A stretch of DNA of 64,000 bases. Source: Hyphomicrobiales bacterium (GTDB taxonomy: Bacteria > Pseudomonadota > Alphaproteobacteria > Rhizobiales > Aestuariivirgaceae). Location: the NCBI GenBank assembly GCA_031385245.1, contig JANNBH010000028.1:26540-90539 (forward strand), given 5' to 3'. Both the position numbers and the translations under genes were made by a program. The notes beneath the pieces are model-generated. The model was not told the origin of the DNA and ran no database searches. It was given only the letters and a program-made list of their open reading frames with translations. This document shows, one piece after another, positions 39,051 to 49,430 of the stretch. Every line of letters starts with the position of its first letter. The first letter of the stretch is position 1.

Positions 39051-39830
39051 TCAATGAATGCTCGACACGAATTGCTTACAACGCTCACTCTTTGGTGAAC
39101 CAAATACTTGTGCTGGCGAACCTTGCTCTTCAATAATCCCTTTATGCAAGTAGATCACATGCGAAGAAACATCGCGGGCAAATTTCATTTCATGGGTCAC
39201 CAAAATCATGGTGCGCCCCTCTTCCGCCAAATCGCGGATAACCTTCAAAACTTCGCCAACCAATTCTGGATCAAGAGCTGATGTAGGTTCGTCAAACAAC
39301 ATCACTTTAGGATTCATGCAGAGTGCGCGCGCAATGGCTGCGCGTTGTTGTTGACCGCCAGATAAGAATGAAGGATATTGATCGCGTTTTTCGAAAAGCC
39401 CAACTTTGTGCAACAGAGCTTCGCCGCGCTCAATTGCTTCTGATTTGGATAGTCCCAGCACATGCACCGGCGCTTCAATGACATTTTGCAACACTGTCAT
39501 ATGTTGCCACAAATTAAAACTTTGAAACACCATGCCAAGTTTTGTACGAATGCGCTCCATCTGCCGCCGATCAGACGGGTGCAAATCACCATCTTTACCA
39601 GGCGTCAATGCAATCTCTTCACCAGTGACAAGTATGCGGCCTCGTGTTGGCATTTCTAAAAAATTTATACAGCGCAGAAACGTGCTTTTGCCAGAGCCTG
39701 AAGAACCAATCATAGAGACAACATCACCTTCACGTGCGCTCAGTGATACGCCCTTCAGCACTTCCAATTGGCCGAAAGACTTGTGCAAGTCTTCGACTAC
39801 AACAGCAGTCTGGCTCTTATCTTTTGCCAA
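39051..39830 (-). CDS. Polar amino-acid ABC ATPase (HisP-like)
   Basis: GSSGSGKST, LSGGQQQR, FDEPTSALDPE. Confidence 0.95.
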   Translation of the reverse strand: MAKDKSQTAVVVEDLHKSFGQLEVLKGVSLSAREGDVVSMIGSSGSGKSTFLRCINFLEMPTRGRILVTGEEIALTPGKDGDLHPSDRRQMERIRTKLGMVFQSFNLWQHMTVLQNVIEAPVHVLGLSKSEAIERGEALLHKVGLFEKRDQYPSFLSGGQQQRAAIARALCMNPKVMLFDEPTSALDPELVGEVLKVIRDLAEEGRTMILVTHEMKFARDVSSHVIYLHKGIIEEQGSPAQVFGSPKSERCKQFVSSIH

Positions 39831-39888
39831 TCCGCACTACCCCCTACTCAATTTTATTTTAATAAGCTTAACATGCAAAATGAATCCG

Positions 39889-41220
39889 TCAAATGTTCTC
39901 AATCATTTTTTGCGCCGCCGCGCCGTGTTCAAAGCGCAATCTGGCTATATCGATTCCGACAGGCTGGCCAGAAATCACACGCCATTGCCCGGCGACCATA
40001 ACTCTATCTGCTTTGTTTGCACCGCACAAAACCAAAGCGGCCAGTGGGTCGCCTGCACCAGAAAAACGTAACTCGTCCAAAGTGAACATAGCTAAATCAG
40101 CCTGTTTGCCAACTGCAATTTCACCAATATCAGTGCGGCCTAAACAGGCAGCAGAACCTTTAGTGGCCCACCGCAAAGCATCTAAATGCGTAACTTTGGC
40201 ATTATAAGTTAGGCGGTTGAGAAGCAGCGCATGACGCACGCCCTCCATCAAGTTTGAACTGTCGTTGGACGCCGAACCGTCCACCCCCAAACCAACCGCA
40301 ACCCCAGCTGCCTCAAGTTCGCAGGTGCGGCATTGGCCTGAAGCAAGTGTCATATTTGAAGTTGGGCAATGGCACACACCAACGCCATGCTTGCCCAATT
40401 TTACGATATCGGCATCGTTAAAATAAATCCCATGCGCCAGCCACGTGCGATTGTTCAACCAGCCGCAATCTTCAAGATAATCGAGTGGACGCATTCCAAA
40501 TGTGGCTTTGCAAAAATCATCCTCGTCTCGCGTTTCTGCTAAGTGCGTGTGCAACCTGCAATCCAAACGCTCGGCCAATGCTCCAGTTTCACGCATAAGT
40601 TCGCGCGTAACTGAAAAAGGTGAACAGGGTGCAAGAGCAATTTGCACCATGGCCCCTTCCCCTCGCTGATGATACTTGCCCACCACGCGTTCACAATCAG
40701 CCAAGATCGTATCTTGATCTTGCACCACTATGTCTGGTGGAAGGCCGCCATCTTTGACTGAAAGATTCATCGATCCTCGCGTCACCATCATCCGAATGCC
40801 AAGGCGATTTGCTTCTTCAACTTGAATATCCATGGCATCATCCAGACCACTTGGAAAAACATAATGATGGTCAGATGAGCATGTGACTCCAGACATGAGA
40901 AGCTCGGTGAGCGCCAACCTCGTGCCTAACCTATGCGCCTCTGGCGTGAGCCTTGCCCAAATTGGATAAAGCGCCTTCAACCACTCAAACAACTCCTTGT
41001 TGATGGCTTGAGGATGCGCCCGTGTGAGAGTTTGATAAAAATGATGATGGGTGTTGATCAACCCCGGAATAATGACATGCTGCGATGCATCAAAAACAGC
41101 GTCATGTTCGGGTGTGGAGCCCGCCTGAACCAATGCGACGATTTTACGATCCTCAACGACGATCCCTCCGCCTGCACCATCTGCCAAAATAGCCAATGGG
41201 TTCTTGATCCACAATCGCAT
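39889..41220 (-). CDS. 8-oxoguanine deaminase-like amidohydrolase
   Basis: NTHHHFYQ, APCSPFSV, LHTHLAET, GVDGSASND. Confidence 0.85.
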   Translation of the reverse strand: MRLWIKNPLAILADGAGGGIVVEDRKIVALVQAGSTPEHDAVFDASQHVIIPGLINTHHHFYQTLTRAHPQAINKELFEWLKALYPIWARLTPEAHRLGTRLALTELLMSGVTCSSDHHYVFPSGLDDAMDIQVEEANRLGIRMMVTRGSMNLSVKDGGLPPDIVVQDQDTILADCERVVGKYHQRGEGAMVQIALAPCSPFSVTRELMRETGALAERLDCRLHTHLAETRDEDDFCKATFGMRPLDYLEDCGWLNNRTWLAHGIYFNDADIVKLGKHGVGVCHCPTSNMTLASGQCRTCELEAAGVAVGLGVDGSASNDSSNLMEGVRHALLLNRLTYNAKVTHLDALRWATKGSAACLGRTDIGEIAVGKQADLAMFTLDELRFSGAGDPLAALVLCGANKADRVMVAGQWRVISGQPVGIDIARLRFEHGAAAQKMIENI

Positions 41221-41276
41221 TCAGGTCTAACCTCTCTATCAATGCCGTATCTATAACGGCTTTACGGAGAGAAAAA

Positions 41277-42428
41277 ATGAAATCAATCAAAACTTCTATG
41301 ATCGCTATTTTAGCAACCACAAGCTTTGTTGCCCCTGCCTTTGCCGACATGATGTCGGCAGTGGGTGCCGGTGAAGGCCAAGTCGATATTGTGGCGTGGC
41401 CAGGTTATATCGAAAATGGCAGTTCAGACAAAGCCTATGACTGGGTGAGTGATTTTGAAAAAACCACCAGCTGCAAAGTGAATGTAAAAACTGCAGCATC
41501 ATCAGATGAAATGGTAACCTTGATGAACCAAGGTGGCTTTGATCTTGTTACCGCTTCAGGCGATGCTTCATTACGTCTGGTCGCAGGCAAAAAAGTTCAA
41601 GCAATTAACACAGATCTCATTGCAAATTGGAAAAATGTAGACCCTCGTTTGCAATCAGCTGCATGGAACACTGTTGATGGCATACATTACGGAACACCAT
41701 ATCAATGGGGCCCCAATGTTTTAGCTTACAACACAACTGTGTTCAAAGAAGCGCCTACCAGTTGGAGCGTGGTTTTCGATGAGCAAAATCTGCCAGATGG
41801 CAAATCAAACAAAGGCCGTGTGCAAGCCTATTATGGTGCTATCGCCATTGCTGATGCGGCTGTTTATCTTATGACCAAGAAGCCAGAATTGGGCATCAAG
41901 AACCCCTATGAGCTGAACAAAGATCAATATGCTGCTGTGTTAGCATTGGTCACCGGACAACGCGCACTTGTTGGGCGTTATTGGGGCGACGCAGCCGTGC
42001 AAGTGGACGACTTTAAAAATGAAGGCGTGGTTGCTGCATCGTCATGGCCCTATCAAGTGAATCTGTTGCAAGCCGATAAGAAGCCAATTGCCTCCACTGT
42101 TCCTTCCGAAGGTGCAACTGGCTGGTCTGACACCACAATGATGCATGTGAGTGCCGCTCATCCAAACTGCGCTTATATGTGGATGAACCATTCGCTTGAA
42201 GCAAAAGTTCAAGGTGATGTTGCGGCGTGGTTCGGCTCAGTTCCTGCGGTTCCAGCAGCCTGCAAAGGCAATGAACTTTTGACTGATGCTGGTTGTGACA
42301 CCAACGGGTTTGCTAATTTTGACAAAATCTATTTCTGGCGCACCCCAATTGGCACATGCGAAGCTGAAGGCACCTGCGTGCCATATTCGCAATGGGCCAA
42401 GGATTACATTGCGGTTCAGGGGAAATAA
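41277..42428 (+). CDS. Polyamine-type ABC substrate-binding protein (YdcS-like)
   Basis: Signal peptide, AWPGYIE..YDWV..FEK.T.C, ASGDASLRL, EGATGW.D. Confidence 0.88.
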   Translation: MKSIKTSMIAILATTSFVAPAFADMMSAVGAGEGQVDIVAWPGYIENGSSDKAYDWVSDFEKTTSCKVNVKTAASSDEMVTLMNQGGFDLVTASGDASLRLVAGKKVQAINTDLIANWKNVDPRLQSAAWNTVDGIHYGTPYQWGPNVLAYNTTVFKEAPTSWSVVFDEQNLPDGKSNKGRVQAYYGAIAIADAAVYLMTKKPELGIKNPYELNKDQYAAVLALVTGQRALVGRYWGDAAVQVDDFKNEGVVAASSWPYQVNLLQADKKPIASTVPSEGATGWSDTTMMHVSAAHPNCAYMWMNHSLEAKVQGDVAAWFGSVPAVPAACKGNELLTDAGCDTNGFANFDKIYFWRTPIGTCEAEGTCVPYSQWAKDYIAVQGK

Positions 42429-42436
42429 TCTTACTC

Positions 42437-42525
42437 CCTCACTCTGAGGTGCGAATACATGTGAGCCTCGAAGCACCCTTACCACGGGGCCCTTCGAGAC
42501 CACTACGCGGCACCTCAGGGTGAGG
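42437..42525. repeat. Intergenic palindromic element (alphaproteobacterial REP/MITE-like)
   Basis: CCTCACTCTGAGGTGC / GCACCTCAGGGTGAGG outer stem and CTCGAAG / CTTCGAG inner stem. Confidence 0.65.
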
Positions 42526-42534
42526 ATTTAGTGT

Positions 42535-43452
42535 TTGATTGAAACAATGCCCTCTACTCTCTCAACCCTTCTCTTCCGAAAACCAGGCTTGCTCACCGTA
42601 GCATTGCTGGCGCCGCCATTGCTTTGGCTGGTTGTAGTTTATTTGGGCTCACTCTCTGCTCTGCTGCTGCAAAGCTTCTATGCGCTTGATGATTTTTCAG
42701 GTCTGGTAATTCACGAATTCACATTGGCAACCTACGCACATCTTTTCGATGAAGCCAACATTCAAATTATCCTCCGTACACTGATAATGTCTGCGGTGGT
42801 CACCGTGGCTTGCGCTTTTATTGCTTTCCCCATTGCATATTATGCAGCGCGTTTTGCGCGTGGCAAAATGAAGGCCCTTTTTTATCTAGCAGTAATGATG
42901 CCGCTGTGGTCAAGCTATCTTGTCAAAATCTATGCGTGGAAACTTATATTAGCCAAAGAAGGCATACTCTCGTGGATCGCAACTTCATTGCATGGGCAAT
43001 GGTTGATTGATGCCCTGTTATCAATCCCCAGCATTGGTGGCTCATCATTATCCTTTAGCTATATCGGCACATTCCTTGTCTTCGTTTATATTTGGCTGCC
43101 CTATATGATTTTGCCCATTCAATCATCGCTGGAGCGGGTGCCAAACAGTTTGATTGAAGCCTCGTTAGATCTTGGCGCAACACCACGCCAAACATTTCGC
43201 AATGTCATTTTTCCGCTGGCATTTCCCGGTGTTGTTGCTGGATCAATTTTCACTTTTTCGCTCACTCTCGGTGATTATATTGTGCCACAAATTGTTGGCA
43301 ATTCGCGTTTGATGATCGGCCAAGCAGTTTACACGTTCCAAGGCACATCAGGTGATATTCCACTGGCAGCCGCCTTCACCGTAGTGGCTATGCTTATTAT
43401 GGTAATTTATCTCACAGTGGCCAAACGCTTGGGAGCTTTTGATGCCCTCTAA
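42535..43452 (+). CDS. ABC permease (YdcU/PotB-like)
   Basis: PLWSSYLV, EASLDLGA, FSLTLGDY. Confidence 0.9.
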   Translation: MIETMPSTLSTLLFRKPGLLTVALLAPPLLWLVVVYLGSLSALLLQSFYALDDFSGLVIHEFTLATYAHLFDEANIQIILRTLIMSAVVTVACAFIAFPIAYYAARFARGKMKALFYLAVMMPLWSSYLVKIYAWKLILAKEGILSWIATSLHGQWLIDALLSIPSIGGSSLSFSYIGTFLVFVYIWLPYMILPIQSSLERVPNSLIEASLDLGATPRQTFRNVIFPLAFPGVVAGSIFTFSLTLGDYIVPQIVGNSRLMIGQAVYTFQGTSGDIPLAAAFTVVAMLIMVIYLTVAKRLGAFDAL

Positions 43453-44242
43453 AGCAAACTGGTCACTGAAGTTTACCGCCGCTGCAGGCCTGCTCTTTCT
43501 ACATATTCCGCTGGCGCTTATCATTCTTTATGCATTCACCACGGAAGAAAAATCTTATCAATTTCCACCACCCGGCCTCACAACCAAGTGGTTTGCTAAA
43601 GCCTGGTTTGAACGACCAGACCTTTGGCCACCACTTTATCTTTCAATACAAGTCGCATTGATTTCCACAATACTTGCGATGATTTTAGGAACTTGTGCTG
43701 CGGCCGGCCTATCTCGCGCGAAATTCTATGGTCGAAATTCAATATCACTATTATTCATTTTGCCCATTGCCCTTCCCGGCATCATCACTGGCATGGCTTT
43801 GCGTTCTGCTTTTGATATTATGGGCATTCCATTTTCAACTTGGACTATCATACTTGGCCACGCCACATTTTGTATGGTGGTGGTTTACAATAATGTGTTG
43901 GCGCGCTTCCGCCGCAACGCCGCAGAAATGGTGGAAGCTTCCATGGATTTAGGCGCAACTGGCGCGCAAACCTTTATTTACGTTGTGTTGCCACAAATCG
44001 CATCAGCACTTCTTGCAGGCAGCATGTTGGCATTTGCACTTTCATTTGATGAAGTGATTGTAACCACTTTCACCGCTGGCCAACAAACCACTCTGCCAAT
44101 CTGGATTTATGGCGAGCTTCGCCACCCCACCATTCGCCCCATCACCAATGTTGTGGCGATATTTGTGATTGCCGTAACCTTTGTGCCGATATTGTTTGCC
44201 TATTATTTCACCACCGAAAAAGGCGAGAGGCCAAACACCTAA
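43439..44242 (+). CDS. ABC permease (YdcV/PotC-like)
   Basis: [29 protein letters not shown]. Confidence 0.9.
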   Translation: MMPSKANWSLKFTAAAGLLFLHIPLALIILYAFTTEEKSYQFPPPGLTTKWFAKAWFERPDLWPPLYLSIQVALISTILAMILGTCAAAGLSRAKFYGRNSISLLFILPIALPGIITGMALRSAFDIMGIPFSTWTIILGHATFCMVVVYNNVLARFRRNAAEMVEASMDLGATGAQTFIYVVLPQIASALLAGSMLAFALSFDEVIVTTFTAGQQTTLPIWIYGELRHPTIRPITNVVAIFVIAVTFVPILFAYYFTTEKGERPNT

Positions 44243-45363
44243 GCAATGTCGCCGCGTTTCCATTGGACATGAGTGGCAATCCGAAATTCTTCAAAATTGC
44301 CAGCATCGATAGCATCGCGCATCCCCTGCATGAGAGATTGATAATAGGCAATGTTAGCCCAGCTCAAAAGCATCATGCCAAGCAACTCTCCGGCCCGCAT
44401 TAAGTGATGCAAATAGGCGCGTGAGTATTGCGATAATGCCGGGCATGGATGTTCTTCATCCAGCGGTCGCGTATCTGTTGCATGTTTAGCGTTTCGCAAG
44501 TTGATGCGGCCAAAGCGCGTGAAAGCTTGACCATGGCGGCCAGAGCGCGTCGGCATCACACAATCAAACATATCAATGCCGCGGGCCACTGCTTCCAACA
44601 AATCTTCTGGCGTGCCAACACCCATCAGATAGCGTGGATGATCAACCGGCAAGGCAGGTGCTGTAAAATCAATTGTCTTCAGCATCAGTTCTTGGCCTTC
44701 GCCCACCGCAAGCCCGCCTATCGCATAACCTTCAAAGCCGATAGACTTCAAGCCCTCGGCGCTTTTCAAGCGCAAGCGCTCATTGGTGCCACCTTGCACA
44801 ATGCCAAAATTGCCTCGGCCTGGTTGCGTGCCAAATGCTTCGCGCGAACGCGCCGCCCAGCGCAGTGAAAGCTCCATAGCTTTTTCACCCTCTTGTTCAC
44901 TGTGGGGAAGTTCCAAACATTGATCAAGCTGCATTTGAATATCAGACCCAAGCAGCCTCTGAATTTCCATGGCGCGCTCAGGTGTGAGTTCATATTTGCG
45001 GCCATCAATATGCGATTGGAACGTAGCGCCCGTCTCTTTGATCTTGCGAATCTTAGACAGTGACATGATTTGAAAGCCGCCAGAGTCAGTCAGGATTGGC
45101 CCTTCCCAACCGATGAATTTGTGCAAGCCGCCAAGTGCTGCAACTTGTTCAGCACCGGGCCGCAACATGAGGTGATAAGTGTTGCCCAGAATAATATCAG
45201 CACCAGTTGTCTTCACCTGATCAAGGTAAAGCCCCTTCACGGTGCCCACGGTGCCCACGGGCATAAAAGCCGGCGTACGTATATCGCCGCGCCCGGTGTG
45301 AACCGTGCCGCGCCGCGCCAGCCCATCCGTTTTATGTAACGTAAATCCAAATTGCTTTGTCAT
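44239..45363 (-). CDS. tgt: Queuine tRNA-ribosyltransferase
   Basis: [34 protein letters not shown]. Confidence 0.96.
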   Translation of the reverse strand: MTKQFGFTLHKTDGLARRGTVHTGRGDIRTPAFMPVGTVGTVKGLYLDQVKTTGADIILGNTYHLMLRPGAEQVAALGGLHKFIGWEGPILTDSGGFQIMSLSKIRKIKETGATFQSHIDGRKYELTPERAMEIQRLLGSDIQMQLDQCLELPHSEQEGEKAMELSLRWAARSREAFGTQPGRGNFGIVQGGTNERLRLKSAEGLKSIGFEGYAIGGLAVGEGQELMLKTIDFTAPALPVDHPRYLMGVGTPEDLLEAVARGIDMFDCVMPTRSGRHGQAFTRFGRINLRNAKHATDTRPLDEEHPCPALSQYSRAYLHHLMRAGELLGMMLLSWANIAYYQSLMQGMRDAIDAGNFEEFRIATHVQWKRGDIA

Positions 45364-46418
45364 GCGGCAGGCCATAGCAGGCTAGCATCGCCATAGGAAT
45401 AGAAGCGATAGTGGTTTTGAATGGCATGGGCGTAAGCGGATTTCATCGCATCAGTTCCGGCAAAGGCGCAGACCAGCATGTACAAAGTGGAGCGCGGCAG
45501 ATGAAAGTTTGTGACGAGGCCATCAACTGCTCGAAACTTATAACCAGGCGTTATGAAAATCGAGGTATTGCCAGACCAAGCGTTGAGCCCCGCACTTTCC
45601 AGCAGCCGCAATGAAGTGGTGCCCACCGCGATAATGCGCCCGCCTTTGTCTCGCGCCGCTTGCAGCCGTGCTGCAACGTCTGCTGGAACTTCTCCCCATT
45701 CGGCGTGCATTTTGTGGTCGGCGGTGTCATCTGCCTTGACGGGTAAAAATGTGCCTGCTCCTACATGCAAGGTTACAAATTCTGATTTAATTTCAGCATG
45801 TTGCAGCGACTTCATCAGTTCTGGCGTAAAGTGTAAACCTGCTGTTGGTGCGGCCACGGCACCTGATTCAGTGGCATAAATTGTTTGATAATCGACGCGG
45901 TCTTGAGCGTCTTGAGCGCGTTTGCTTTCAATATAGGGTGGCAGGGGTACACGGCCAACGGCGGCAATGGCTTCATCCAACATAGGGCCAGAAAAATCGA
46001 AGGCTAGCGTGATTTCTCCAGCCTCACCTTTCTCCTCAACCGTGGCCAACACTTCGCCAAGCAAACAGACACGGCCCTCGCTGCCAAAGCGCACGCGATC
46101 ACCCACAATGAGTTTCTTTGCGGGTTTCACAAATGCTTTCCAGCGCGACGCATCTAAACGCATATGCAGCAGTGCTTCAATTTTTGGTGTGGTGCCGAGA
46201 CGGCCAACGCGCACCCCAGACAACGCTGCCGGAATAACTTTAGTGTTGTTAAAAACCAGAACATCACCTGCCCGCAATTGCGAAGGCAAATCGCCCACCA
46301 GATGATCCGTACACTGACCATCTTTCACTACCAGAAGTTTAGCAGCCTCGCGCGGAACTGCGGGGCGCAGAGCGATATTCTCCGGTGGCAGTTCAAAATC
46401 AAAATCGGCGACCTTCAT
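45360..46418 (-). CDS. queA: SAM:tRNA ribosyltransferase-isomerase
   Basis: [38 protein letters not shown]. Confidence 0.96.
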   Translation of the reverse strand: MKVADFDFELPPENIALRPAVPREAAKLLVVKDGQCTDHLVGDLPSQLRAGDVLVFNNTKVIPAALSGVRVGRLGTTPKIEALLHMRLDASRWKAFVKPAKKLIVGDRVRFGSEGRVCLLGEVLATVEEKGEAGEITLAFDFSGPMLDEAIAAVGRVPLPPYIESKRAQDAQDRVDYQTIYATESGAVAAPTAGLHFTPELMKSLQHAEIKSEFVTLHVGAGTFLPVKADDTADHKMHAEWGEVPADVAARLQAARDKGGRIIAVGTTSLRLLESAGLNAWSGNTSIFITPGYKFRAVDGLVTNFHLPRSTLYMLVCAFAGTDAMKSAYAHAIQNHYRFYSYGDASLLWPAA

Positions 46419-46448
46419 TCAGGCCGCCGATCAACGGTTGTAAATAGA

Positions 46449-46916
46449 TTAAGCAACATCCGCCGCAACGCGCATGGTCACAATCTTGTCGGGGTTTTTC
46501 ACGGGTTCGCCGCGCTTGAAACCATCAACGATCTCCATGCCGGAGGTCACCCGGCCCCAAACTGTGTATTGATTATCCAAGAAGCCAGCATCGCCAAAGC
46601 AGATGAAGAACTGGCTGTTGGCGGAATTTGGGCTGGACGAACGCGCCATCGAACAAATGCCGCGCACATGGGGTTCCTTGGAGAATTCAGCTTTAAGGTC
46701 AGGCTTTTTGGAGCCGCCCATGCCTGTTCCTGTCGGGTCGCCACCTTGGGCCATGAAGCCTTCGATCACGCGATGAAACACCACGCCATCGTAAAATTTC
46801 TCCCGCGCCAATTCTTTAATACGGGCCACATGGCCTGGGGCCAGCTTTGGCAAAAGCTCAATGGTGATCAAGCCTTTTTCAGTGGTCATGTGGAGGGTGT
46901 TTTCTAAGTCGCTCAT
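46449..46916 (-). CDS. Cyclophilin-type PPIase (cytoplasmic)
   Basis: FHRVIEGFMAQGGDP, SMAR, SANSQFFI. Confidence 0.93.
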   Translation of the reverse strand: MSDLENTLHMTTEKGLITIELLPKLAPGHVARIKELAREKFYDGVVFHRVIEGFMAQGGDPTGTGMGGSKKPDLKAEFSKEPHVRGICSMARSSSPNSANSQFFICFGDAGFLDNQYTVWGRVTSGMEIVDGFKRGEPVKNPDKIVTMRVAADVA

Positions 46917-47425
46917 TATTGCACAGTTACCTTTGTCATTTTATCGGGAGTTGCTGGTGGTTCGCCTTTGTTGATTTGATCGACGCAAGCCATGCCCGCT
47001 TCATCAACAGTGCCCCACACAGTGTATTGGCCATCGAGGAAGCCGCCATCGGCGAACATTACGAAGAATTGGCTGTTGGCAGAATCAGGATCGCTAGAAC
47101 GGGCCATACCCACGGCCCCTCGGCCAAAATGTTCTTTGTTAAACTCGGCCTTAATATCAGCCTCTTTGCTGCCGCCCATGCCGGTGCCGGTTGGATCACC
47201 CGTCTGAGCCATGAAGCCCGGAATCACGCGATGGAACACAACGCCATCATAAAAACCAGCAGCGGCCAACTTGGTCACTTGGGCCACATGGTTTGGGGCC
47301 ACATCGGCACGCAGCTTAATCACAAAGCTGCAATTTTTAGAAGTTTCCACCGTCATCGTCTCAGCGGCAAAGCTGGGCGCAGCGAAAGCGCCAAGGGCCA
47401 AAGCCGCAATCATGAATCGTTTCAT
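46916..47425 (-). CDS. Cyclophilin-type PPIase (exported)
   Basis: Signal peptide; FHRVIPGFMAQTGDP, GMAR, SANSQFF. Confidence 0.93.
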   Translation of the reverse strand: MKRFMIAALALGAFAAPSFAAETMTVETSKNCSFVIKLRADVAPNHVAQVTKLAAAGFYDGVVFHRVIPGFMAQTGDPTGTGMGGSKEADIKAEFNKEHFGRGAVGMARSSDPDSANSQFFVMFADGGFLDGQYTVWGTVDEAGMACVDQINKGEPPATPDKMTKVTVQ

Positions 47426-47540
47426 CTCTCTCTCCGTTTTGAGAACACCCGCCTAGCCGTATTTCGGCAATGAGGCAACAGGGTGGCGGAAGCAAAATCT
47501 TTCTAGGTTTTTCAATAGTCCGCGCTATAGAGGGTCCATT

Positions 47541-48401
47541 ATGAGCACACCTCCAAAAAAACCATTCTCCAAGCCAGCAGGCGCCAAAGGCAAACATTGG
47601 TTTGCAGCAAAAGATAAGAAAGTTTGGGTTCCACGCCCGGCTGGCGCTTCTCGGCCCGATGCGCCCAAGCGCGAGCCGGACCGTGTGCTTAGCGTAACCC
47701 CCGGCAATGATCTCATTTATGGGGCGCACCCTGTAACCGAGGCGTTGAAAAATCCGCGCCGCAAACCAGTGAAACTGTGGGCCACTGAAAATGCAGCCCT
47801 TCGCCTCAAAGAAGATGCGCCGAACTTAATTATCGAGCCTGAAATTGTGCATCCGCGCTTGCTGGATCATATGTTGAAATCGGCCGATGCTGTTCACCAA
47901 GGCATTATTCTGGATGCCAAGCCCCTGCACCAGCCGCAGCTTGATGAAGTGCCGCGTGACGGCTTGATTGTGCTTTTGGATCAAGTGACAGACCCGCATA
48001 ATGTGGGTGCCATTATGCGTTCGTGCGCGGCGTTTAATGTGTCTGCTGTCGTCGTCACCGCGCGCCATTCGGCCGATGCTTCGGGCGTGTTTTTTAAATC
48101 GGCATCCGGCGCATTTGAGCATGTGCCTTATGTGACGGTTACTAATTTGGCCCGCGCCATTGATGAGCTGAAAGATTATGGCTTTCATATTGTGGGGTTG
48201 GATTCCGAAGCTGACACTAGCATGGCCGATGTGCCGAAGGTGCGCCCGCTGGCGCTCATCCTTGGTGCTGAAGGCAAGGGGCTTCGTCAACTCACCATGA
48301 AATCATGCGATCAAGTGGCCAAGCTTGATATGCCAGGCGCAATTAAAAGCCTTAACGTATCCATCGCCACCGCAGTCTCGCTTTACGCGCTGACGCATTA
48401 A
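47541..48401 (+). CDS. rlmB: 23S rRNA 2'-O-methyltransferase RlmB (TrmH family)
   Basis: HQG, D.VTDPHNVGAI.RS, LGAEGKGLR, SLNVS. Confidence 0.88.
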   Translation: MSTPPKKPFSKPAGAKGKHWFAAKDKKVWVPRPAGASRPDAPKREPDRVLSVTPGNDLIYGAHPVTEALKNPRRKPVKLWATENAALRLKEDAPNLIIEPEIVHPRLLDHMLKSADAVHQGIILDAKPLHQPQLDEVPRDGLIVLLDQVTDPHNVGAIMRSCAAFNVSAVVVTARHSADASGVFFKSASGAFEHVPYVTVTNLARAIDELKDYGFHIVGLDSEADTSMADVPKVRPLALILGAEGKGLRQLTMKSCDQVAKLDMPGAIKSLNVSIATAVSLYALTH

Positions 48402-48475
48402 AAAAACCGGATGTGATTTCTCATATCCGGCTCTCTGTCGCCGTCCCGATTTTTATAAATCAGAACAACAGGGGT

Positions 48476-49195
48476 TTAATATCCACCATCTTTGCTAATG
48501 GTTGGTCCATAATGAACCACGTAGCCTTGATCGTAACCTTGATCATAGCTGGGCATATAGATTGGAGCTTGGGCGCGAACCCGGCGATGCTTCTTGCGCT
48601 TCACAACAGTGCCGCTGTCATAGCCAAAGCCACCTTGCACGGCATATCCGCCGCCATAGGAATAACCATAAGCTGCCTCACGCTTTTGCGCTTGCATAAT
48701 GGCGGCACGGCTGGCTGGTTTATAATAGCGGATAACGGGTTGCGGCGCGTAAACATATCCGCCACCTGTGGCACAGCCACAATCACCATAATTCATATCA
48801 CCAGAAACCACGCCACGGCGCTTATGGCTTGTCTTACGAACTTCATAATGACGAGTGCGTTGCTGTGGATAGCAATCTTTAATGTTCCGCACTTTGAAAA
48901 CGCGGCCATTCACAACGCAAGTGATCACACCATAGCCGCCTTCATAAGACGAGCCATTGCCACCGCCGCCATTCTTGCTACCACCGCCAGTGTTGCCGCC
49001 ACCACCATTCTTATCGGTATCACCGCCGCCGTTCTTGTCGGTATCACCACTGCCGTTCTTATCGGTGTCCCCGCCACCGTTTTTGTCGGTATCACCGCCG
49101 CCATTTTTGTCTGGTCCATCAGCGTGGGCGGGTGCAAAGGCAAACATGCTAAGCGCCATCAGCGCCGGAACTATAAATTTGGAGGTCTGTGTCAT
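48476..49195 (-). CDS. Secreted Gly-rich low-complexity protein
   Basis: Signal peptide ending AHA, five DKNG(G/S)G-type repeats, Tyr/Gly-rich C-terminus. Confidence 0.7.
   Translation of the reverse strand: MTQTSKFIVPALMALSMFAFAPAHADGPDKNGGGDTDKNGGGDTDKNGSGDTDKNGGGDTDKNGGGGNTGGGSKNGGGGNGSSYEGGYGVITCVVNGRVFKVRNIKDCYPQQRTRHYEVRKTSHKRRGVVSGDMNYGDCGCATGGGYVYAPQPVIRYYKPASRAAIMQAQKREAAYGYSYGGGYAVQGGFGYDSGTVVKRKKHRRVRAQAPIYMPSYDQGYDQGYVVHYGPTISKDGGY
48997..49116. repeat. Five 24-bp coding tandem repeats (GGDTDKNG)
   Basis: Units at 48997, 49021, 49045, 49069, 49093 differing mostly at third codon positions of the minus frame. Confidence 0.8.
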
Positions 49196-49326
49196 TTTAA
49201 TTCCCCTGTTAATATTCCCCTAACAACCTGTTCCAATATGGAGCATTTCAGGTCACATTCAGGAACTCAACAAAGGGTGTTGCAGTTTGCGCGCCAATCG
49301 TATTAAGAGGGGCCACAAATTGATTT

Positions 49327-49402
<76 letters not shown>

Positions 49403-49430
49403 GTCTTTTCAATGACTTAGAGAAAACAAA

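Noticed and set aside
46164-47473. Long plus-strand ORFs (247 aa, 184 aa)
   Set aside because: Antisense to queA and the two cyclophilins; no motifs
48997-49116. Regularly spaced repeats as a possible CRISPR array
   Set aside because: Contiguous 24-bp coding units with no spacers and no cas genes
48413-49306. 297-aa plus-strand ORF
   Set aside because: Antisense shadow of the Gly-rich secreted gene, which has the signal peptide and the synonymous repeat variation
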